Shown here piece by piece: positions 38,610 through 47,753 of a stretch of 64,000 nucleotides of DNA. Source of the DNA: a virus (Duplodnaviria; Caudoviricetes). How positions within the stretch are numbered: the first letter of the stretch is position 1; each line of letters begins with the position of its first letter. A program made the position numbers and the translations under genes. The notes under the pieces are model-generated. The model saw only the letters and a list, made by a program, of their open reading frames with translations. It did not search any database and was not told the DNA's origin. Location of the stretch: IMG/VR virus record IMGVR_UViG_2885358051_000002, positions 26,284 to 90,283 of that record. The stretch is one strand, 5' to 3'.

Positions 38610-39383
38610 ATGTTAAATAAGTATAAAAATAAAATGGATTACTCTTACAATTACGGTTTTCTCCGTGAGTTCATGGAGAGTCACAAACTACAAAAGAGGG
38701 ACTTACTTGAAGCCCTCGGATGCAGCGACTATGTGTCGCTAAACAAATGGCTGGACGGCAAAGTGCCAGTGCATGTAACCGCCATGCTCAGGTTCTGCAA
38801 CTACTACAACATCCCCATGGACGGCTTCTTCTATGACGGAGACAGCATACCCTGCATCCGGCCCTCGCTTCCTACGGCAGACAGCCAAACACTACCTACG
38901 GATGGTTACGGCATTAAAGAGGGACGAGGGAGAGGAATTGTAGAGACCCGTGTGGGAGCGCGTAAAATCACCTCACCCAACCAAGCCAAAGCGGTAGCAG
39001 AAGGGCTGGAACGTCAGAACGACCAACAACGGTTACGGGATGAGTTGTTGATACAGCAAAAAGAGATGGAAGAAAAAGACGGTGAAGCAGAAGACACGAG
39101 CATCTCCTACCCCACTTCTACGAATAGCACCAGTGTGACCGAGCACATCCTGCGCCTGCAGTTGGAACACGCAAACGATATGCGTAGGATAGAGAGTGAG
39201 CACCACGACCGCGAAGATCGCATCAGGAGAGACTGCCAGGCAAACTTCGATGCAGAAAGAAATCGACTGATGGACATCATAGAGCGACAAAACAGCGAGC
39301 TATCGAGTCTCTATGCACAGATGCGGAAAGGTGGAGCCAGATATGACTACGTGAGAGAAAGCGGTGAAGAGAACGAAGATTAG
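38610..39383 (+). CDS. XRE-like HTH repressor candidate with a C-terminal coiled coil
   Basis: LREFMESHKLQKRDLLEALG...SLNKWLDGK...AMLRFCNYYNIPMDGFF; divergent switch layout. Confidence 0.72.
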   Translation: MLNKYKNKMDYSYNYGFLREFMESHKLQKRDLLEALGCSDYVSLNKWLDGKVPVHVTAMLRFCNYYNIPMDGFFYDGDSIPCIRPSLPTADSQTLPTDGYGIKEGRGRGIVETRVGARKITSPNQAKAVAEGLERQNDQQRLRDELLIQQKEMEEKDGEAEDTSISYPTSTNSTSVTEHILRLQLEHANDMRRIESEHHDREDRIRRDCQANFDAERNRLMDIIERQNSELSSLYAQMRKGGARYDYVRESGEENED

Positions 39384-40198
39384 TTCTCTTTCCCGCCGCT
39401 CTCAATCTGCGCAAAGCGTTTGCGATAATTGAACTCAGCCATATTCGTAGCCTGTAATTCATCGGCCTTGCACGGCACACGGCTACGGATATAGAAATTA
39501 TCACCCTGCAAAAAGAATATAGGCGTTTCCACAGAAAGTTGGGACGCCTTTTTTGCATCATCCGGAACATCGAGCTGCATATCAAGCAACAGGAATAGTT
39601 CCTGGGCATCCACCACTGGCAAACGTTGCCGTTCTTTCTCGGCACGGATCGCCTTCCGAAGGCTTTGCGGAACACGCTTTGCGTTCACCACCACCTCTTC
39701 GCCAAAGTATTCAAGATATGGTATAAAAAATTTCCCAGACAGGAGTTCATCAATAAGACACGCATCCTTCTCCTTATCCTTTATCAATACACAGCCTGCA
39801 ACCGCAGCCCACTCTTTCATTGACTTTTTGCCACGCACCAAAGTCCACGGAAAACGCGCAGGCAAATACGTTCGATTCCATGTATCATACGGCGTGAAGT
39901 TTTCACCATCCACCACCAAAAAGTCAGAGCGCACCATACAATTAGGTTCATATTCGTCTATGCCATCCGGTGTGGTGATGCGTTTACGCCATACAGCAGG
40001 GTCAGGAGCCTTATCAAACTCCAGAAAGTCCACACCACCAGCGAAGAACTGAGACGGTTGGACATAAGAAGACGCAGCGAACTTTTTAGCATAGTTCTCA
40101 GCCCGTTCATCCGCCCGTAGCGCCTTTTTGAAAAACGAGCAAAGGCGTCGGCCCACGACGGAAGTCTTTTTGCATACATAATAATACATTTCAGCCAT
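39380..40198 (-). CDS. Hypothetical phage protein (272 aa)
   Basis: Long ORF with its own promoter-like TAATTTTG upstream. Confidence 0.75.
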   Translation of the reverse strand: MAEMYYYVCKKTSVVGRRLCSFFKKALRADERAENYAKKFAASSYVQPSQFFAGGVDFLEFDKAPDPAVWRKRITTPDGIDEYEPNCMVRSDFLVVDGENFTPYDTWNRTYLPARFPWTLVRGKKSMKEWAAVAGCVLIKDKEKDACLIDELLSGKFFIPYLEYFGEEVVVNAKRVPQSLRKAIRAEKERQRLPVVDAQELFLLLDMQLDVPDDAKKASQLSVETPIFFLQGDNFYIRSRVPCKADELQATNMAEFNYRKRFAQIESGGKEN

Positions 40199-40331
40199 GA
40201 TGTAAGAGTTTTAATTTTGTCATTCAGGTACAAAATTAAAATAATTCATTTATTTGTGCAAGTAAATAGAAATTTATTTGTGATATTTTTTACTTATTAC
40301 TACCTTTGCATCATGTTTTTAATCAGTTTAT

Positions 40332-40655
40332 ATGACAAAGAAGAAAGATCCATTAGAAGGTGCATCGGAACAGGGAACTGTTTTATCCGATTTCGTCATT
40401 GAGCAAAAGATTACCGCCTTCGAGGAAGCATACCACCCTTGCGAGAATGAGAAACTGGCGAGCAAATGGTTTGACGAAACGAAGTTGCGCACTTTTTTCA
40501 AGGCTTATCCCTGTTCGCTGGGCGACCCACTGACCCTCTACCTGGACAGACTGCAGGACAAGGGGTTCAGAATGAAAGTGGGAGCCATGGAAGAACCTGT
40601 CATATTCGTGACTGAGCGTGTGACAGAAAGCACTGGATTGCTGGAGAAACTATAA
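40332..40655 (+). CDS. Hypothetical protein, first gene of the rightward operon
   Basis: Follows TTTG-20-TACCTTTG at about 40277-40308. Confidence 0.7.
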   Translation: MTKKKDPLEGASEQGTVLSDFVIEQKITAFEEAYHPCENEKLASKWFDETKLRTFFKAYPCSLGDPLTLYLDRLQDKGFRMKVGAMEEPVIFVTERVTESTGLLEKL

Positions 40656-40666
40656 CACCAGATTAT

Positions 40667-41131
40667 ATGAGACCAAAAGAAAAACGGACAAAGAAACTTA
40701 CCCTACGAGACATACACGTAGGCGACTGGGTACAGGTGTGGAGTCCTATCCCAGAAAGATATTCTCCACCCATGAAGATTACAGCCATCCACGATGACGG
40801 TACGATATACCTTACCATCGATGACGAATGCTGTTGCGATCCGTGGGAAGAGGATATAAAAAACATAGATGCCCTTCCAATAACAATAGATCTACTCAAA
40901 GGATTCGGCTTTCAAGTTGAAGAAAAAAACTACACAATACATTATAAAGATTATTGCATCGGCTGTATCAGTGACCCAAAGTCCAAGTATGCCAAACCAA
41001 ACTTTTATATATACGGATGCCACTGCAGGCACATGCACGAATTGACGGACACCCTATATAAAAAAATTGACAATATCAGATTAGAATGGAACGGCATGGA
41101 CAAAACAAAGGAAGAACATGAAACGGTATAA
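40667..41131 (+). CDS. Hypothetical phage protein
   Basis: LRDIHVGDWVQV...PITIDLLKGFGF pattern common in Bacteroidales phage ORFs. Confidence 0.7.
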   Translation: MRPKEKRTKKLTLRDIHVGDWVQVWSPIPERYSPPMKITAIHDDGTIYLTIDDECCCDPWEEDIKNIDALPITIDLLKGFGFQVEEKNYTIHYKDYCIGCISDPKSKYAKPNFYIYGCHCRHMHELTDTLYKKIDNIRLEWNGMDKTKEEHETV

Positions 41132-41330
41132 TAAATACAGAGGGAATCAAAGGAAGAAAACACGGCGGAGTATTGGGAATCTGGAATGGAAAATGAACCC
41201 CAAGAAACACATAGCGATATATAACAGACTGTATCATGCCGCTGAATGGTTTGCACAAGCCATAAGCGAATGCACTGGGAAAGATATTGATCCGAAGACC
41301 ATCCTCCGGCAGTCCGGGTACAAAATATAA
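41118..41330 (+). CDS. Small hypothetical protein
   Basis: Coupled ORF. Confidence 0.6.
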   Translation: MKRYNKYRGNQRKKTRRSIGNLEWKMNPKKHIAIYNRLYHAAEWFAQAISECTGKDIDPKTILRQSGYKI

Positions 41331-41342
41331 CATCAGAAAGAA

Positions 41343-41531
41343 ATGAGTTACGACATCACCATGTGCCGCTGCGCTTGCAGCAAAGCAAAAAAGTGCCATA
41401 GATGGCAAATGTTCAGACGATACATAAAAGACAAAAATCCAAATAAGCCGAGATACATATCCATGCACACGGCTGCTAATGGTCAGATAGACGATAATTG
41501 TTCAATATACTGGGAAGAAAAGAAAAACTAA
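41343..41531 (+). CDS. Small Cys-containing hypothetical protein
   Basis: DITMCRCACSKAKKCHR...C pattern. Confidence 0.6.
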   Translation: MSYDITMCRCACSKAKKCHRWQMFRRYIKDKNPNKPRYISMHTAANGQIDDNCSIYWEEKKN

Positions 41532-41547
41532 ATGGCACAGAAAGATT

Positions 41548-42575
41548 ACCTGTTGGCGGAATTAATTTAGTGCATACTTAATTCTGCCAATGGGCTTGTC
41601 GTTAATGAAGTTTACGTATTGCAGAATGGTAAGTGCACTAATTTTGCCAATGATCCTGGCAAACAAACCATTCGTTATTTTCGCATAGTTCCTGATGACC
41701 AAGAACTGGTCTGTAAGTTGTGAGAATATTGTCTCAATCCTCTTTCTTGCCTTTGCAAACGGAATGAATGTCGGTTTCCAATCCTTTTGGTTGAGCCGAT
41801 ACGGACACTCCAGTCTTATGTGTGCGGTTTCGAACAAGTCAAGCTGTACGTCAGCTCCAATATACCCTTTGTCACCATAGATGCTACAGTCGTGATAAGT
41901 ATGTTTTACATCCTTCATATAATGGAGGTCCGCCACACTTGCCTTTGACAGATCATAGGAATGGATAACTCCACTTAACCCACAGAGAGCGTGTAACTTA
42001 TAACCAAAATAATACGTGTTCTGCGAAGCACAGAAGCCGAAGTCGGGAGCTTGCGAGAAATTGCCGGTACGTCCCATCTTGCAACGTTTTCCTCTTGCAA
42101 CCCTACAGACCTCTATCGGCTTGGAGTCAACAAAGAATTGTTCCTCTCCGCCATCCATTTCCATGGCAATCCGCTTGCGCAGTTCCTCACACAGGCCTGC
42201 CGTTTTCTTCCTGCGGTCATTGAACTGTCTCCTTGATATGAGATTAGGAATGTTGTCCTTGTACTCTTGCAATTTATAGTCGAACAACCACTTCTCACTA
42301 TCAATGCTCTCGGTCTCTGCCGTCAAGGATAGCGCCACCACTTCCAAATCCGAAAACTTGGGAACAGGACCACGACGTGGAACATTACCCGATTCATTGA
42401 CGAGATTTTCAGAGAATTGCTTGCATATCTCGAGTATTTTGACGAATTTTGTATAAAGGTTGTACATACGATGGTTTGGACTTAATGTTTTGAACACCAC
42501 TAGGTTACTAAAAATCAGCGATATGTGCAACTTTTTACTCATATTTATCAACTTAAATTAATTCCGCCAACGGGT
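41548..42575 (-). mobile_element. IS982-family insertion sequence (1028 bp)
   Basis: 22-bp inverted repeats ACC(T/C)GTTGGCGGAATTAATTTA at 41548-41569 and 42554-42575; 7-bp target duplication AAAGATT at 41541-41547 and 42576-42582. Confidence 0.95.
41562..42551 (-). CDS. IS982-family DDE transposase
   Basis: FVDSKPIEVC, YFGYKLH, YGDKGYIG, RKRIETIFSQL. Confidence 0.95.
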   Translation of the reverse strand: MINMSKKLHISLIFSNLVVFKTLSPNHRMYNLYTKFVKILEICKQFSENLVNESGNVPRRGPVPKFSDLEVVALSLTAETESIDSEKWLFDYKLQEYKDNIPNLISRRQFNDRRKKTAGLCEELRKRIAMEMDGGEEQFFVDSKPIEVCRVARGKRCKMGRTGNFSQAPDFGFCASQNTYYFGYKLHALCGLSGVIHSYDLSKASVADLHYMKDVKHTYHDCSIYGDKGYIGADVQLDLFETAHIRLECPYRLNQKDWKPTFIPFAKARKRIETIFSQLTDQFLVIRNYAKITNGLFARIIGKISALTILQYVNFINDKPIGRIKYALN

Positions 42576-42992
42576 AAAGATTATATAAAAATTCGCAGAG
42601 AAGATCTTGTTTTGGTGCAGCGAAAATATAAACTCTCACAAGAAGAGGTTGATCGAGTTCCCATAAACACAACGAAACAAGACATTGCTATCGAAATAGG
42701 TCAATATCTATTTGACCAAGGTTTACTTGCATTCGAGCAAAAAGGAATCGTTCTGACAGCCAGTTTATATGTGGCAAAAAATCCGATGGAAGAAACAAAT
42801 GACACAGAAAGAAATACAATTAAAAAAGGGGGACAACAATGAGAAAGAAAAAGATAACTATTATCATATCATACGATTATGATAACAAACATGTTGTGAG
42901 CAATGATAAGATTTCCTATCGGATTAAGAGCGACTTAATGAAAGGAACCGATCCAAGACATGAGCGTATAGAATCTATCACTGTAGAAGACA

Positions 42993-43328
42993 ATGAATCC
43001 GACTGAACAACAACCAAATGAATTTATTTCCATTAAGATAGACAATGGAAATGTGTCATTACACCGATACAATGACAGACCCGATGATATTATTCTCACA
43101 TCCCTATATGTCAGAAAAAAACGGAAACAAGGTAATGGCACAAAACTGTTGTTACGAGCAGAACAAATAGCTCGCGGTTTACATGCGAAACAAATTTTTC
43201 TACAGGCAAAAAAACACTCATGGCAAAAACAATGGTACAATCGGCGCAAATATGATGATTATGAAGACAATGGTAAATTTATATGGATGAAGAAAGTGTT
43301 GAATGACTCAACATCCGAGCAAGTGTAA
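42993..43328 (+). CDS. GNAT-fold acetyltransferase-like protein
   Basis: ILTSLYV...RKQGNGTKLLLRAEQIA...IFLQA...WYNR acetyl-CoA-binding pattern. Confidence 0.65.
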   Translation: MNPTEQQPNEFISIKIDNGNVSLHRYNDRPDDIILTSLYVRKKRKQGNGTKLLLRAEQIARGLHAKQIFLQAKKHSWQKQWYNRRKYDDYEDNGKFIWMKKVLNDSTSEQV

Positions 43329-43345
43329 CTTAACTGTATCCATAC

Positions 43346-43930
43346 ATGAAGAAGATAATGTTTAACAATAGATACGGGCTTACGCAAGCCGTATTAAACC
43401 TACTCAAAACAATGACAAGGAGAATAATCTCCGAAAAAGAGTGGGATAAAATACGCAAGTTCAAAGAAGAGTATTACGAACAAACCTTTGACAGATTAGA
43501 GGATAAAGAGTTGATTAAGACTTATTTTGATACCTATCCCGAACGTATGCCTTATCAAGTCGGTGAAGTCGTTGCCATCGCGCAAAAGTATTCTGAAATA
43601 GGGATAGAGCCTTTTCCATTCTGCGAAGCAGGATGGGATAACAAGATGTTTGTACGTGCCGACCTTATGCCCCATCACATCCGTATAACAGACATTAAGG
43701 TAGAGCGGTTGCAAGATATATCGGACGAGGATTGCATCAAGGAGGGGATAGAATGGGACCACAAAGCGCAAAGATTTTATGTGCGGTATGATAGAAAAAC
43801 ACATTCTCGTATGTGGTTTGCATCCACTCCTCGTGAAACCTATTCCGCGCTGATAGATTCCATATCCGGCAAGGGCACATGGAAGAGTAACCCTTGGGTG
43901 TTCACATACAAATTTGAATTAGAGAATTAG
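43346..43930 (+). CDS. Conserved phage protein (ASCH/PUA-like family)
   Basis: MKKIMFN...KTMTRR, ITDIKVERLQDISDEDCIKEGI, TWKSNPWV. Confidence 0.75.
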   Translation: MKKIMFNNRYGLTQAVLNLLKTMTRRIISEKEWDKIRKFKEEYYEQTFDRLEDKELIKTYFDTYPERMPYQVGEVVAIAQKYSEIGIEPFPFCEAGWDNKMFVRADLMPHHIRITDIKVERLQDISDEDCIKEGIEWDHKAQRFYVRYDRKTHSRMWFASTPRETYSALIDSISGKGTWKSNPWVFTYKFELEN

Positions 43931-44098
43931 CATGAAGCGGTACAGAATAGTACAAGGAAAAAGTTATAACGGCTGTATTCCAATAACGATATTTTGGGTA
44001 CAGGTCCGATGCGATAAGAGCTTTTCTACAGAGTATGTGAATGTGAAAGGTTTTGAATCATACAGGCGTGCCGAAGAATTGTTGAACTACTTGAATAA

Positions 44099-44296
44099 TT
44101 GATTATGACAAAAGCCAACTTAACCAACAAGAAGCAATATGAATGTATAGTGGAATGTTTAGATATTGATTTTTCAAATCTTACACCTAAAAAAAGGTAC
44201 ATACCGGGTAAACTATACGAGTTTCAGTACACTCCAGACAAAAGGTATTTCAAACGAGCATCAAAACAAAAGAAACATCCGAATAATGACAAGTGA
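44099..44296 (+). CDS. Small hypothetical protein
   Basis: ORF in operon. Confidence 0.5.
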   Translation: MIMTKANLTNKKQYECIVECLDIDFSNLTPKKRYIPGKLYEFQYTPDKRYFKRASKQKKHPNNDK

Positions 44297-44395
44297 TATA
44301 AACTTATTATATATACAAGGTTTAGAGCAAATGCACATGGGATAGTAACCCTTGGATGCTCGCATACGAGTTTGAACTGGTAAAATAATAAAGTT

Positions 44396-44815
44396 ATGAA
44401 GAATAAGGATTATGTAACCTTTGAGTTATCCCAGTTGCTGAAGAAAAACGGATTCAGAGAACCGTGCCTTAGCCATTAAACAGCAACAGGGACGGTTTGG
44501 AGGTGCAATGATGAAGAGGATTTTAACAGCGAAAGTGAACTGAAAGTCTATTCACGTCCGGCGATGTGGCAGGTGACAAAGTGGCTGAGAGAGGTTCATG
44601 GGCTACACATAAGCATATCCACTGTAATTGGTGGCAGATGGACTTATGAACTTCAAGACTTGTGGCAAAAATCGAATATAGACGGAGAGTATAACACTCG
44701 CATACCAGAAAGAGACGGCTATCCATGTATTGACACCTACGAAGCTGCACTACATGCTGGAATAGAATCAGCATTGGAACTGATTAACAACAACGGAAAT
44801 ACCATACTGCGATAA
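44396..44815 (+). pseudogene. Phage hypothetical gene with an internal in-frame TAA (44477-44479)
   Basis: MKNKDYVTFELSQLLKKNGFREPCLSH*TATG... continues in frame into WQVTKWLREVHGLHI. Confidence 0.7.
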
Positions 44816-44816
44816 A

Positions 44817-45413
44817 ATGGCAAAAAAAGATTGGAAGGGAGGGAAAGCCTCTGTATTCAAAACCATAGGAGCCAGTAACCACGTGGATCATGAAAGGGCT
44901 CATGCGGACTACTATGCCACAGAACCAAAGGCAACAGAATGGCTGTTGAAATTAGAAAAATTCGATGGGCCAATCCTTGAACCCGCCTGTGGAGAGGGAC
45001 ATATCTCCGATGTTTTAATCAGGGGGGGCCATTCTGTAACATCGAGAGACCTTATAGACCGAGGTTATGGAGAAGTGGCAGACTTCCTTTCCATCGACAA
45101 CCAGGAATGGAACGGAAACATTGTCACCAATCCACCATACGCCTACGCACAAGAGTTTGTGGAAAAAGCTCTCTCAATCGTACCAGACGGGAAAAAAGTG
45201 TGCATGTTTTTGAAACTGACATTCCTCGAAGGAAAAGGAAGAAAGCACTTATTCAGGACTCAGCCACCGAGCAGAGTATGGGTAAGCTGCTCGCGACTTC
45301 TATGCGCCATGAACGGAAAATTTGATGAGATAAGCGGAAGCGCCACAGCCTATGGATGGTTCGTATGGGAAAAAGGCTACAAAGGAGAGACCATTATCAA
45401 ATGGTTTAATTAG
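44817..45413 (+). CDS. Phage DNA adenine methyltransferase-like protein
   Basis: DYYATE, ILEPACGEGHIS, IVTNPPY, WFVWEKG. Confidence 0.88.
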   Translation: MAKKDWKGGKASVFKTIGASNHVDHERAHADYYATEPKATEWLLKLEKFDGPILEPACGEGHISDVLIRGGHSVTSRDLIDRGYGEVADFLSIDNQEWNGNIVTNPPYAYAQEFVEKALSIVPDGKKVCMFLKLTFLEGKGRKHLFRTQPPSRVWVSCSRLLCAMNGKFDEISGSATAYGWFVWEKGYKGETIIKWFN

Positions 45414-45423
45414 AAAACAATCC

Positions 45424-45680
45424 ATGACAGGAAAAGTACGACATTTCAAAGCGACAAGACCCTTACTCACTACTTCTGTCCGGGGGGGGGGCAAATGTGG
45501 CTATTGATACGCCAAGCCACAGAAAAAGGCTATATAGAATGTTGCGACAAAGGTGTTTTCGATATAGCCTACCCCAATTCCGAGTTGCGCAGAGCGAGGG
45601 TAAAGGATGATGGAAAGAGCGCATCCGCACTCATGGCTGGAGAACCTTCGCAATGCGTGTTTGTAGAATACGAAATATAA
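45424..45680 (+). CDS. Mini-module M9 (C5-MTase variable-region-like); G10 tract (45482-45491) needs +1, internal ATG at 45495
   Basis: IRQATEKGYIEC...VFDIAYPNSELRRARV...VFVEYEI resembles the phage Dcm variable-region segment; same hydrophobic-EY ending as the other modules. Confidence 0.65.
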
Positions 45681-45689
45681 CAAAAAACA

Positions 45690-46502
45690 ATGGAAATAGA
45701 ACCCAACCATATCTACCTTGGTGATTGCCTCGAAGTCATGGCAGGCATGAAAAATGGAAGCGTGGATGCCATCATCTGCGATCTGCCATACGAGGTACTG
45801 CACAAGAACAACCCACATGCCAAATGGGATAAAATGTTACCACTGGATAAACTGTGGGAACAATACGAACGTATCATCAAGGAAGATGGAGCCATTATCT
45901 TGTTCGGGCAAGGTATGTTTACTGCCAAACTTATGACGAGCAATCCGAAAATGTGGCGGTACAATCTGGTATGGGACAAAATGCGAAGTACTGGGTTTCT
46001 GAATGCCAACAGGATGCCATTGCGTTGCCATGAAGTGATAAGCGTGTTTTACAAACAGATGCCAGTATATCACCCCCAGATGATGATAGGCGACTGCAAC
46101 CATTCAAGAGGAAGACAAGAATGGGAACAGACGAACAACTGCTACGGGCAATACAAAACCGGCAGGACAGACGACTACGACAAGAAAATAAAAAAGGTAG
46201 TACCTACCAGACCGAATGAAAAATTCCCCACCAGCATTATCCGTATAGCAAAGGAACATGAGACCACCGTATTTCATCCGACACAGAAACCCATAGACCT
46301 GATAAGATACCTGATAAGGACCTATACAGACAAGGGAGATGTAGTATTAGACAATACGATGGGAAGTGGAACAACCTGCATAGGCTGCATCATGGAAAAC
46401 CGACGATATATCGGCATCGAAAAAGACATGAAGTATTTTGAAGTAGCGAAAAAGCGGATAGAAGCACAAAAGAGACAATATAAATTGGAATTAGATATAT
46501 GA
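45690..46502 (+). CDS. Site-specific DNA methyltransferase (N4-C/N6-A, beta class)
   Basis: IICDLPY, HPTQKP, VVLDNTMGSGTT, IGIE. Confidence 0.92.
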   Translation: MEIEPNHIYLGDCLEVMAGMKNGSVDAIICDLPYEVLHKNNPHAKWDKMLPLDKLWEQYERIIKEDGAIILFGQGMFTAKLMTSNPKMWRYNLVWDKMRSTGFLNANRMPLRCHEVISVFYKQMPVYHPQMMIGDCNHSRGRQEWEQTNNCYGQYKTGRTDDYDKKIKKVVPTRPNEKFPTSIIRIAKEHETTVFHPTQKPIDLIRYLIRTYTDKGDVVLDNTMGSGTTCIGCIMENRRYIGIEKDMKYFEVAKKRIEAQKRQYKLELDI

Positions 46503-47657
46503 AAACAAATATAACCTTGGAAGAAGCTATGGAACGTGCTACTGGTAGATTACGCAGGAAGATGGAATACTCCATTTCCTTGCTGCGTAAAGCGGAACGA
46601 ATTGCACAATCCTATGACAAAGAGAACGGTTTTTACCTCGCCTTCAGCGGAGGTAAAGACAGCCAGACACTCTTCCATATCACCGAACTGGCAGGTGTAA
46701 AATTCCAGGCACACATGAGCCTGACGAGCGTGGATCCACCAGATGTGATACGTTTCGTGAAGCGGAACTACCCAGAAGTAGAACTTATCGCCCCTAAAAA
46801 AAGCATCTATGCAGTAGCGGTAGAAAAACAGATACTGCCCACCATGAGAGTAAGATGGTGCTGTAACGAATACAAAGAGGGTGCCGGAGCAGGGAAAGTA
46901 ACACTCATCGGCATACGGCACGAGGAAAGTAGCCGCAGAAAAGCACGCAAGGAAGTGGAAATATCGAGCAAAAAGTTCAGCGGGACACTGGAAGGACTTG
47001 ATGTGTATAGGGCAAAACAGAAAAAGAAGACACATTCTAAAGAAACCAATATCACCAATGCCGAAGAAGAAAGTACAGCCGGCTGCATACACGGTAAGGA
47101 AAGTCTGCTCATCTCCCCTATCATCCATTGGACGGAAAGAGATGTGTGGGAGTTCCTGAATGATGTGATGCAGGTGGCACATTGCAACCTGTATGATGAG
47201 GGGTACAGAAGGATAGGTTGCATCGGGTGCCCAATGGCAAATCTAAAACAAAAACAAAGAGAAAACCAACGTTGGCCACACGTGAAGCGCAACTGGATAA
47301 AAGCCATTATAGCCATCCGAACCGGGGGGGGTATAAGAAAGAACTCTTATCAGAAAAACATTTGGAATCCATCTGGTACGGCATCGGGAAAGAATGGACA
47401 CCCATCAACAGCAGGAAAGAGCGATGCCGGCTACATCCTACACCCAGACCCATCCCATTGGGGGGGGAAAAAAAGCGAGAAAACAGAGGATTATGGAAGG
47501 GTTTTCCGAATGCTCGTCATCTGACGGCTTGACTGACGAGCAAGAGCGGAAAATAGCCGAAAATATCTACGACTGGTGGATAAGCGGGATGTCCTACAAA
47601 AAATGGTATGCAAAAAAGTTCCTACAATACCAATTTAATTTTTCAGAAAAAGAATAA
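46499..47657 (+). CDS. PAPS reductase family protein; C-terminus shifted at the G8A7 tract (47460-47474)
   Basis: AFSGGKDS, RWCCNEYKE, GIRHEES, LYDEGYRRIGCIGCP; as given it stops at 47524, and -1 at the tract joins the WWISG...QYQFNF tail. Confidence 0.8.
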
Positions 47658-47753
47658 CCTTTTTTATAATCACCGCAAAGAAATCCCCAAAGAGAAGAAA
47701 CATCCGTCAGGAATGTTCATAAGAATAATTGAAGATGAATAATGTAACAAGGA

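Larger units (their letters stand above)
41532..42842 (+). pseudogene. Small phage gene (MAQKD|YIKIRREDL...) interrupted by the IS982 element
   Basis: Removing 41548-42575 plus one AAAGATT copy restores a continuous ORF from ATG 41532 to 42842. Confidence 0.82.

Noticed and set aside
47218-47532. Separate gene inside the PAPS reductase 3' region
   Set aside because: It is an alternative frame between the two G tracts with no motif support
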